From sequence record OR538032.1: a stretch of DNA of 64,000 bases; one strand, 5' to 3'. Positions 26,386 through 33,959 of this stretch are shown here, in pieces (position 1 is the first letter of the stretch; every line of letters starts with the position of its first letter). The position numbers and the translations under genes are program-made. The notes under the pieces are model-generated. The model was not told the origin of the DNA, ran no database searches, and saw only the letters and a list, made by a program, of their open reading frames with translations.

Positions 26386-26625
26386 TGGCGCCGCTCGTGT
26401 GAATCGAACACACGTCAAACACAACACCTCGTCCACCCAATTAGAGTTTCGAAGTAAGAGCTAATCAGCATTTCGGAGCAATCGAGCGTTATTTCTACGA
26501 GTGAGCTTTCGACAACTCACACGCACTTTCTACTCGGTCCCAGTGATTCGGTACCAACGCAGGTTGCGAACCTACGTCTGCACTAATGTTGGGAAAACAC
26601 TGCGTATTGTACACCAGTTAGCGGC
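26386..26625 (-). ncRNA. 240-nt RNA with a tmRNA-like tRNA-like domain
   Basis: GCCGCT/AGCGGC acceptor, G73-CCA, GAC-GTGTG-TTCGATT-CACAC, P2-like ACAATAC/GTGTTGT. Confidence 0.7.
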
Positions 26626-26628
26626 ATT

Positions 26629-26859
26629 TTAAAGATAGCTATCAAAGACAGCATCATCAACTTCTTCAATATTGATGTCAGCGTAACATTCGTTCGCAAT
26701 TGCTTGAATCTCACCTATTGAAACTGTACCTGAGTACAAAACAACAGCATCATTCGGAATCACGACATCACACATGTATTTGTTAAACATTGCAGTTCTG
26801 AAATCAGAATCAACAGAGTAACCGTGCAACGACGTGATAACTAGCAATTTATGTGACAT
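26629..26859 (-). CDS. hypothetical protein
   Basis: GAGGA RBS; promoter TTGACA-N17-TAGTAT at 26890-26918. Confidence 0.7.
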   Translation of the reverse strand: MSHKLLVITSLHGYSVDSDFRTAMFNKYMCDVVIPNDAVVLYSGTVSIGEIQAIANECYADINIEEVDDAVFDSYL

Positions 26860-26938
26860 AATGTTTTCCTCGTGTAGTTGATAATGTGTATACTACACGT
26901 TGATGAAACGCATGTCAACAACTTTTTCAAATTATTTT

Positions 26939-27015
26939 TGGTAGCCCCTCTCGGATTCGAACCGAGAACCTGACGATTATGAGTCGTCTGCTACTACCGT
27001 TACAGCTAAGGGGCT
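26939..27015 (-). tRNA. tRNA-Ile2(CAT, lysidine type) or tRNA-Met
   Basis: AGCCCCT acceptor and GACGA-CTCATAA-TCGTC arm resemble ileX. Confidence 0.8.
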
Positions 27016-27382
27016 ATCGTTCTAGAAATCTACCAACTTTAGCAGCGAAGATGTTTGCTTCTTCGGCAATCAAAGCAGTTGATTTTATTTGATGAAAAGC
27101 GTCTTGTTGATGCAGAACATCTAGTTTACCAGCGCATTTCATCAGTTCTTTTACTGATTGCATAATCTCAATGTTATCAAGCTGACTAGCATCAGGGTGA
27201 TAATTGAGACTATCTAAGACAGGGAGTACTTGTTGATAGTAACCCATGCCGATGAAGTTTATCATAAGTCTGTATTGCATTTCAACAGCAAATGTACAAT
27301 ATTTTCGAAGATTGCGCTTTACAATCTCACAACGATGCAATATACAATCAAGCTCGTCATTTATGTCATCAAACTTATTCAT
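27014..27382 (-). CDS. hypothetical protein
   Basis: GAGG RBS before ATG 27382. Confidence 0.6.
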   Translation of the reverse strand: MNKFDDINDELDCILHRCEIVKRNLRKYCTFAVEMQYRLMINFIGMGYYQQVLPVLDSLNYHPDASQLDNIEIMQSVKELMKCAGKLDVLHQQDAFHQIKSTALIAEEANIFAAKVGRFLER

Positions 27383-27395
27383 AAAACCTCGAAAG

Positions 27396-27517
27396 TGGTG
27401 GAGAGTACGGGATTCGAACCACGTGACCAAAAGATTTACCTAGTTAGGGTTTGCAGCATGAATGCTTATCAGAATTCTTTAACATTCTTTTGCTCTACCA
27501 GACTGAGCTAACTCTCC
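27396..27517 (-). ncRNA. tRNA-scaffolded RNA A (motif module in place of anticodon loop)
   Basis: GGAGAGT/ACTCTCC-ACCA, D arm, T arm, about 50-nt insert. Confidence 0.75.
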
Positions 27518-27523
27518 AGAATT

Positions 27524-27641
27524 TGAGGGTGAAGTACAGGACTCGAACCTGCGACCTCCGGCGTGCATAAAATGCAGCATGAAATCTTAACAGACTTCTA
27601 TTGTTTAGACCGGCATTCTAACCAACTGAACTAACTTCACC
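27524..27641 (-). ncRNA. tRNA-Asp-like scaffolded RNA B
   Basis: GTTCAGTTGGTTAGAATGCCGG...CACGCCGGAGGTCGCAGGTTCGAGTCC with insert in the anticodon loop. Confidence 0.75.
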
Positions 27642-27649
27642 ATAAAAAC

Positions 27650-27782
27650 ATATTGAGCAGGGTGCAGGACTCGAACCTGCGTCACGATCTTGAAATGATA
27701 TGCGAATTGATTGCAGAATACAAACTTAACAGCTTGCGTTTATGCTACGTGTGCTAGCCACTACACCAACCCTGCTCAATAT
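27650..27782 (-). ncRNA. tRNA-scaffolded RNA C with 14-bp terminal stem
   Basis: ATATTGAGCAGGGT inverted repeat, D and T arms, motif insert. Confidence 0.75.
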
Positions 27783-28032
27783 GTTCTTGGGCGTGCTTAC
27801 GCAGATCGATTCTTCACTACGTAAGCACAAAATCCTCTAGTTTATATTTGCCTTAGCTAATCACAACACAATCTGGAATCGTGCGCTTTAATTACGGGAT
27901 GAATGACCCGTTCGCATGTGATTAGCGTAGAACAGCTACGCACCGTTTCTTCTTCAATGTCCAAGGCAAAGAGGACTATGAATACTAGTGCGAGAAGATA
28001 TACAATCAAATTGCTCACCTCGCTTAATAAGT

Positions 28033-28179
28033 GAGAGTACATTGGTCGAGTGTAACGGAATCGAACCGTTCCCACGATCTCCCTATGATATGCGTAAATT
28101 GGTTGCTGAATATAATCATGTCTGATTACAGTATGCTACGTGTGCTGCCACTACACCAACACTCGACCAATGTACTCTC
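28033..28179 (-). ncRNA. tRNA-scaffolded RNA D with 21-bp terminal stem, paralog of C
   Basis: GAGAGTACATTGGTCGAGTGT perfect inverted repeat, D and T arms, motif insert. Confidence 0.75.
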
Positions 28180-28180
28180 G

Positions 28181-28332
28181 ATATTTTAAATGTGCGCTAC
28201 TTGCACGCCGACTGAGCGAATTTTAACTCAGCTAGTTTTTGATTGAGACCTCGTCCGCTAAGACTATTCCCTACACGCCAGAACTTATACTGGCTCTATG
28301 TATTCATTGCGGCTAACGCACATTTAAAATAT
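28181..28332 (-). ncRNA. about 150-nt structured RNA with 16-bp terminal stem
   Basis: ATATTTTAAATGTGCG perfect inverted repeat plus two internal hairpins. Confidence 0.55.
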
Positions 28333-28334
28333 TA

Positions 28335-28438
28335 CTCATCTTCAGCGAAGAGACAGAAACGATGAGTCTAGTCTGTTTAATCAATGTTGTTCATCTTCAA
28401 GAAGAGGCGAGAACGATGAACTTAGCTCGCTTAATCAA
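28335..28438 (-). repeat. two 55-nt-period repeats, each a predicted H-type pseudoknot
   Basis: compensatory changes ACAGA/TCTGT vs GCGAG/CTCGC and CTCATC/GATGAG vs TTCATC/GATGAA. Confidence 0.75.
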
Positions 28439-28446
28439 CTGTGTTA

Positions 28447-28567
28447 ATCTTATCAGCTTCTCAGCGAAAGTCAACATCTTTTTCAAATATTTCATCGAGT
28501 TGAAAGTTTGTTTTCTGTCTCTCGACTCGATGAAATACATTCTACATCCTTTTCAGATGAAGTCAAC
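28447..28567 (-). promoter_or_regulatory. tandem promoters heading the RNA operon
   Basis: GTTGAC-N17-TAGAAT (28539-28567) and GTTGAC-N17-TAAGAT (28447-28475). Confidence 0.75.
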
Positions 28568-28582
28568 AACTATTTTAACTTT

Positions 28583-28837
28583 TTAAACGGAAATGATAAT
28601 GCCGCTTTCAGTCTCACCTCGTTCAAGCGCAGCGTGCTTGATCTGAAGTTGTGATACTGCTTGCTGAAGTTCAATAATAGCTTTGTCATAAAGCTTGTTG
28701 TTCTCTTTAAGCAAAGCAATTTGATCGGTCTGCATACCAATGATGTACGTTAGTAGAACAACGTTCTCATCAGTCGTCAGCGTTTCAGGCGCTTCATTGT
28801 ACTTCTTCAGCACCGCTTCGGTAGATAGATCAGTCAT
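28583..28837 (-). CDS. coiled-coil hypothetical protein
   Basis: TAATG coupling to 57B. Confidence 0.65.
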   Translation of the reverse strand: MTDLSTEAVLKKYNEAPETLTTDENVVLLTYIIGMQTDQIALLKENNKLYDKAIIELQQAVSQLQIKHAALERGETESGIIISV

Positions 28838-29285
28838 TATTAGCAACCCATTCTAGATCTAGTGGTTCGATATATTCATCGACAAGACGAACCTCTGTAT
28901 TGATGAACATAGGGGTGATTACGTCGTCATAAGACAATGTGACGTGCGGAGTATAGTCAGGGTAATCGTGAGTACCACCGATAGAGATAAGGTCTTCGTG
29001 ACGTTCTACAAGAGCAGGACATGACATCTTAGCAACGACCGCGTGTTTACCGTCTTGCGTTTTCCAACAGTCAACTTGTTCAACAGTGGCAACGAAAGTG
29101 GTATCTACAACAGGCACATCAATTTGCTTACGACTATAAAGCACAGTCACGTGAAATTTATCTGGATCTAACGGATTTTTTAGACGAAGCGTTTTTTGCA
29201 AGCGAACTAGCTCTTGCTTACTTGCTTCGTCTAATTTGATACCAACGTAAGTTCCCTGACTCTCAAGGAACTTAGATAGTTTCAT
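28830..29285 (-). CDS. 57B: gp57B / Acb1 2H-phosphoesterase (anti-CBASS nuclease)
   Basis: HVTVLYSR and YTPHVTLSY HxT motifs, WKTQDG, EYIEPLDLEW; synteny with 57A and 1. Confidence 0.9.
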   Translation of the reverse strand: MKLSKFLESQGTYVGIKLDEASKQELVRLQKTLRLKNPLDPDKFHVTVLYSRKQIDVPVVDTTFVATVEQVDCWKTQDGKHAVVAKMSCPALVERHEDLISIGGTHDYPDYTPHVTLSYDDVITPMFINTEVRLVDEYIEPLDLEWVANND

Positions 29286-29551
29286 TATTCAGCTTCTTTC
29301 TCTTTTTCGCCGTCGCCTTCTACAGGGCGTTCAGCTTTACCGGTTAGATAAGCGACTTCATCAACATAGTTCTGTAGAGAACTTGCTTTTTCTTGATCGA
29401 AGTCTAGCAGTTGAGCTAGTACACCAACGAATTGACCAAATGAATTGCGTTCAGCTTGAAGTGCTTCTTGCAAGTCAAATGTACGAACTTTCAGATCTTT
29501 GATTTGCGCTTCTTTCTGTTCGATTACTTGTTCTGGAGTTTGTTGTGACAT
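29285..29551 (-). CDS. 57A: gp57A tail fibre chaperone
   Basis: acidic coiled coil between genes 1 and 57B. Confidence 0.7.
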   Translation of the reverse strand: MSQQTPEQVIEQKEAQIKDLKVRTFDLQEALQAERNSFGQFVGVLAQLLDFDQEKASSLQNYVDEVAYLTGKAERPVEGDGEKEKEAE

Positions 29552-29560
29552 TTCTTCACC

Positions 29561-30199
29561 TTAAAATAATTTGTTGATTTGTTCATGTAGTTCTTCAAGA
29601 GAACCATTATTGTCTATTTGAATTGCGCCTTCAATAAAACCCAATTCAGTATCGCTAACGTGATTAGATGCAAGCGAACCTTCTCGGTTAACTTGAAGCA
29701 TCGTGCCACCAAGCTCTTGTACCAATTCTAATTCGTTTTGAAAACGAACATCAGTGATTATAAACACCAAATCCGGGTTTTTAAACACTAGCTCATTGTA
29801 TTTATTACGTGCGTAATTGATCCAATGTTGATCATCAAGCGAACGTGCAACGTCAGTTCCAGTCATTTGCAGTAAATCACGAATGCTGAACAGTTTCGTG
29901 TGAGGGAGCAACGTGTAGTAGACATAATCATAATCAGCGTCTACATTCGCGTACTCACAACAAGTCAAAACAAGTTCAATTGCTTCGTCGAGGGTAAATG
30001 TCGGGACTTCTCTATCAAAATTGTTTTGCCCGTCGATGTCTGCATACTCATAGCCATATTCTTTCAATCCAATGTACAAACCCTCTTTAATCGGGTCTGC
30101 AAACTTGTAAATGTAAGCATTATCACTATGAATATCTTGAATGGCTTGAGCTACAGTATCTTTGCCTGAGCGTTTTTGTCCATTTATTCCTATTATCAT
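29561..30199 (-). CDS. 1: dNMP kinase
   Basis: GQKRSGKDT, FADPIK, RDLLQMTGTD, ITDVRFQNE; promoter TTTAGA-N17-TATAAT upstream. Confidence 0.9.
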   Translation of the reverse strand: MIIGINGQKRSGKDTVAQAIQDIHSDNAYIYKFADPIKEGLYIGLKEYGYEYADIDGQNNFDREVPTFTLDEAIELVLTCCEYANVDADYDYVYYTLLPHTKLFSIRDLLQMTGTDVARSLDDQHWINYARNKYNELVFKNPDLVFIITDVRFQNELELVQELGGTMLQVNREGSLASNHVSDTELGFIEGAIQIDNNGSLEELHEQINKLF

Positions 30200-30297
30200 A
30201 ATGAGTTACCAGTCAATAGTGTGTTTCGTCTCTTGATTATACGACGAAAGTGCTATCTTCTAAACATGCACCAGCCATACTAGTTTCTCTAATATTT

Positions 30298-30385
30298 CTA
30301 ATATCCCTAACTTCACTAAAACTACTAATACTACTAAGATGATGCCCAATTTTTGGGCCTCAAATCCAAACCTGCCGCTTCGCTC
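30298..30385 (-). repeat. intergenic element copy 1 (second copy at 56300-56386)
   Basis: GAGCGAAGCGG...hairpin...TCATCTTAGTAGTATTAGT..TTTAGTGAAGTTAG. Confidence 0.8.
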
Positions 30386-30432
30386 TAGATTCAGATACAA
30401 AAAAAGCCCCGATAGGGGCTTATTGCTTGTGT

Positions 30433-30966
30433 CTAACCCATATAGGGTGTGATGACTTCTTCTTTGCCATCGACTTTATGGATCATTTCAAAGTATGAGT
30501 ATTCAAACTCAACATCACACGTTACAGTTTCAACATCACCTGCTTCAGTGTAGTTCCATTCAATAGCACTTAGAGACTTTGGAAACGCATTGACAAAGCG
30601 ATACGTTGCAACAATCTTGTCTTTGTTATTGTCTAAAACATGAAGCAACATAGTAACTGGAACAATCCCGTCACTTGTACTAGCACCAGTTGGGTTATTC
30701 ATAGTGATTAACCACTTGTATAACTCAGCATAAGTACGCATTTCTTCATCGACCAGAAACTGAATCGACAGGTCATCGTAAGATGTACCAGAACCTGCTA
30801 CATGGTTGTTAGCTAGTTTGGCATATTTGGGACCTCGTGTAATACTTGCAATTTCCATATTAACACCCGGGATAGTGGCAGTTTGAATCTGCCACTGAAA
30901 CGTTTGTGTTGCGTTGTTATCTGGGATGTCGATTCGGAAATTATTCTTCATCGTCAAGTTTTTCAT
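30433..30966 (-). CDS. 3: gp3 tail completion / tube terminator
   Basis: NNFRIDIP, TATIPGV, YDDLSIQFLVDEE, YKWL. Confidence 0.9.
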   Translation of the reverse strand: MKNLTMKNNFRIDIPDNNATQTFQWQIQTATIPGVNMEIASITRGPKYAKLANNHVAGSGTSYDDLSIQFLVDEEMRTYAELYKWLITMNNPTGASTSDGIVPVTMLLHVLDNNKDKIVATYRFVNAFPKSLSAIEWNYTEAGDVETVTCDVEFEYSYFEMIHKVDGKEEVITPYMG

Positions 30967-32936
30967 TAGTTCACGTTACCTCTTGTAGACGGAATCTTAG
31001 CTTCACCGCTTGTAGTCAATGGACGAGTGAAGTTGGTTGTATTTTGCACTGAGCTTACAGCGTTGTTGACGAAGTTCGTCCCAACTTCTTTTGTTTGCTG
31101 TGCTGCTCTGTATGCTGCTTCACGCGCTGCTACAGCTTCTAAGATTACTGAACGCTTAATCTCTTGGAATGGCTTAATCAACCCTTCTTCAATCATACGT
31201 TGTCTCTCAGCAGCAACGATAGCGTCTTCTTGCATTTGCTTCTTCTCAACTTCAGCCGCTAGGAACTTGTCTAGGGATTCAGTTGAACTTGCTAATGACT
31301 CGACAGGTCGTTTGATTGCATCGGCAGCGTTCTTAGCACCGTCTATAACCGCTTGTGCTGTATTCTTAGCACCGTCTACGATCATATCCCCTGCTTTCCC
31401 TAGATAGTCAGTTTGATAGCGTGCATTGAGTCTGTCCTTGACTTCAGCCTTGCTTGCGTCAATACGCGCTCGGTTGCCTTCGATGTCTGCGCCAGCAATG
31501 AACTTCTCCATGCCTTCTGACTTCAGAAAATCAGGTAGTGCATTTAATGCATTCACGACGAACTCTTTAACGTTTAACATTAGGTCATCTATTGCTAACA
31601 TAAGAAGTCTGAATGAGTCAGGAATTGATAGCCAACTTGCAATGATCTTATTAACCGCATTGACATACATTTGAAACGCACTTCTAACGAAAGAAGTTAC
31701 TTTCTCGAAGCCAGATACGATTCCCTCAACTGCGCCTTCTGGTACAGCGTCTTTGATGTTTTCACCAACGATTCCAAACCATTCACCAATCCCTCGAACC
31801 ATATCCGTGAACCAGTTCGAGATTATACTGAATAGCATTGCTCGTTTTTCGGGGTCGCTAAAAATGTTCTTCAGTGCGGCGAAGATTCTGTCTAGCTCTT
31901 CTTCGAAGATTTTGTAAATACCATAACCTGCAACCATTGCAACTAGAGCCGCTGGGTTTAGCATTATCGCAACCATTCTACCTAGACCTAAGAATAATTG
32001 ACGAACAACAGTCCACATCCACCCTTTTATAGTGCCGCTCATATCAGTAGCAAGAGCTTGAACTATATTACCTGTTCCTTTACTAAACTTACCGAACCCT
32101 AGAAGAATGTTAGATGCGATTTTACCGAGCGTTCCGAATTTCGTTGCAGTCGAAGCAGCCATTGCCATTGATGTACTGAATGTTACCAATTGACCGCCTA
32201 ACATTACTAACCCAACACCGACAAGTCTGAATAATTTAGCAATCCAGCCTAGTTTTTCACCAGCAAGGTGATTCGCGATACGTCGCAGATCACTAGCTTG
32301 ATTGCGCTGAACTTTCATATTCTCTTTGTAGCGTAGTTGTTCAGTCTTACGATTGCGAGTTTCGGTAACGACTTGATACGCGAAAATTTTCTTGTACAAT
32401 GCGCTTATAAAGCCCACAGTCAACGGAGCGTTGTTACCCGCACCGTTCTGTAGAAAACTGTTTAAATCGTCGGCAGCCGTCTTCTGAAGCCCTATAACGC
32501 GCTTCATGTCGTTGACTCTAAAGATCAGACGTTCAAACCAACGATTAAAGCCCTCCTGCATACGTGCGAACTGCATTTTTGCAGTTAAGCGCATTTCTTG
32601 AATGCCACGATCAATACGAGACAAATGTCCTTTAAAGTCAAGAGTAGTCTTGATAATATCCGTTAGTGATATAATCGAAGCACGAACTTTATTGGAAGTT
32701 TGCTCAAAGTTTTCGATAACGCGCTGAAACAGATTCTTTTGCTGCGCCACCGCCTTTTCGTTTGTTTTAAACACCGACTGCATAGTTTCGAGCATAGACG
32801 TGGTCGTAATATCAATGTTGTTGATATGACGAGCGACACGCTGCATCGTATAAACTTCAGGTCGGTCTTCTTGTTGGAGAATGATATGATCTAATCTTCC
32901 GATTATCTCATTCATTTTCTTGTCGTCAGCCGCCAT
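30966..32936 (-). CDS. tail length determinator / hub subunit (gp29-like)
   Basis: 656-aa helical protein with hydrophobic core, next to 51 and 26. Confidence 0.6.
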   Translation of the reverse strand: MAADDKKMNEIIGRLDHIILQQEDRPEVYTMQRVARHINNIDITTTSMLETMQSVFKTNEKAVAQQKNLFQRVIENFEQTSNKVRASIISLTDIIKTTLDFKGHLSRIDRGIQEMRLTAKMQFARMQEGFNRWFERLIFRVNDMKRVIGLQKTAADDLNSFLQNGAGNNAPLTVGFISALYKKIFAYQVVTETRNRKTEQLRYKENMKVQRNQASDLRRIANHLAGEKLGWIAKLFRLVGVGLVMLGGQLVTFSTSMAMAASTATKFGTLGKIASNILLGFGKFSKGTGNIVQALATDMSGTIKGWMWTVVRQLFLGLGRMVAIMLNPAALVAMVAGYGIYKIFEEELDRIFAALKNIFSDPEKRAMLFSIISNWFTDMVRGIGEWFGIVGENIKDAVPEGAVEGIVSGFEKVTSFVRSAFQMYVNAVNKIIASWLSIPDSFRLLMLAIDDLMLNVKEFVVNALNALPDFLKSEGMEKFIAGADIEGNRARIDASKAEVKDRLNARYQTDYLGKAGDMIVDGAKNTAQAVIDGAKNAADAIKRPVESLASSTESLDKFLAAEVEKKQMQEDAIVAAERQRMIEEGLIKPFQEIKRSVILEAVAAREAAYRAAQQTKEVGTNFVNNAVSSVQNTTNFTRPLTTSGEAKIPSTRGNVN

Positions 32937-33103
32937 TATTGTTGTTCCTTATTCTTTTCTTGAATGTAATGTATAAGCTGTGCGGCATAGATTTCACGCT
33001 CGAATAGAACCATCGTTTCTAAGTCGTGAAGAGAAAAATTGCCATGAGTGATCATGGCAAAGTTTTCCTTGTAATACTCTTCAAGTGAGTATCTACCGAG
33101 CAT
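32936..33103 (-). CDS. 51: gp51 baseplate hub assembly catalyst (55 aa)
   Basis: YSLEEYYKENFAM...FSLHDLETMVLFEREIY; TAATG overlaps; translated by hand. Confidence 0.8.
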   Translation of the reverse strand: MLGRYSLEEYYKENFAMITHGNFSLHDLETMVLFEREIYAAQLIHYIQEKNKEQQ

Positions 33104-33948
33104 TATACGAAAAAATCTTCGATGCCTCTTAGCGTAACTTTCTCGTGATTACCACACTTAGGACATTTCACGTCAACGTATGTCGTGATGCGTGGAACTG
33201 AATCGACGAATGTCTGAACTTTTTTGAATGCTGCCGTATCAAGTTCGCCCATGATGTTCACAAGCTGCCCTTGCTCTTCAAGTTCTTCTTTGGTGTAAAC
33301 AGTATCACCAACATGAACTTCTTTAATTGATTCAACCGCAATATTGAACAGACCTTGTGGTGTATTCGGGTCGTTGTTCTCATACACTCGAATTGTCGGG
33401 TGTTGGAGTTTGATAACAACTTTTGGGTTGACTCGAACTGTATCTTCACCTGTAAATTCAGGCACGAAAGCAGCTTTCAAGTCGATGTTGGTTCTGATAC
33501 GCTCACCGCATAAGTGCTTCTCAGGTGCAAACACTGCTTCAATCGCTTCTTCGTTTGATTGATTCATAATCTCGGCAAAAATATCATCAGCAGATTTAGC
33601 CAGTTCAGCCTCTTCTTCAGAAAGCTTTTGAAGTTCTTCTTCGGACTTCGGAGCACAGCAGTTGTATTCTGCTTGAATGTTAGTCACACCGTTACTGTTC
33701 ATATACATATGCAGAAACAGATACTCAGAGTCACCAACCGTCAGGTCATCCATTTTGATGTCAGATACAATGCAGTTTTCAAGACACTGTTCGATTGCGT
33801 CAATCTTCTCATCAGATTCATTTGCGATAAGCAATGCTTTATGCTCTTTTGCAAGCATTGCACGCAGTTTAATTTCTTCACCAGTTGATGGTAGTTTTAC
33901 AGTATATTGTGGCGCAGCAAGTACGCTAATATCAAATGCTTTAGTCAT
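33103..33948 (-). CDS. 26: gp26 baseplate hub subunit
   Basis: YTVKLPSTGEEIKLRAMLAKEHKALL, C-terminal CPKCG. Confidence 0.85.
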   Translation of the reverse strand: MTKAFDISVLAAPQYTVKLPSTGEEIKLRAMLAKEHKALLIANESDEKIDAIEQCLENCIVSDIKMDDLTVGDSEYLFLHMYMNSNGVTNIQAEYNCCAPKSEEELQKLSEEEAELAKSADDIFAEIMNQSNEEAIEAVFAPEKHLCGERIRTNIDLKAAFVPEFTGEDTVRVNPKVVIKLQHPTIRVYENNDPNTPQGLFNIAVESIKEVHVGDTVYTKEELEEQGQLVNIMGELDTAAFKKVQTFVDSVPRITTYVDVKCPKCGNHEKVTLRGIEDFFV

Positions 33949-33959
33949 GATGTTTTACC

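Noticed and set aside
26386-26625. Canonical tmRNA (ssrA)
   Set aside because: Lacks G3-U70 and A73, is shorter than typical, and no tag ending in AA was found; kept only as tmRNA-like.
28335-28438. Hammerhead, HDV or pistol ribozyme
   Set aside because: GAAAC and GATGAG are present, but the CUGANGA core, the P3 element and pistol linkers are missing.
19000-28600. CRISPR array
   Set aside because: The repeated motifs are short, irregularly spaced and structure-based, with no constant repeat-spacer period.
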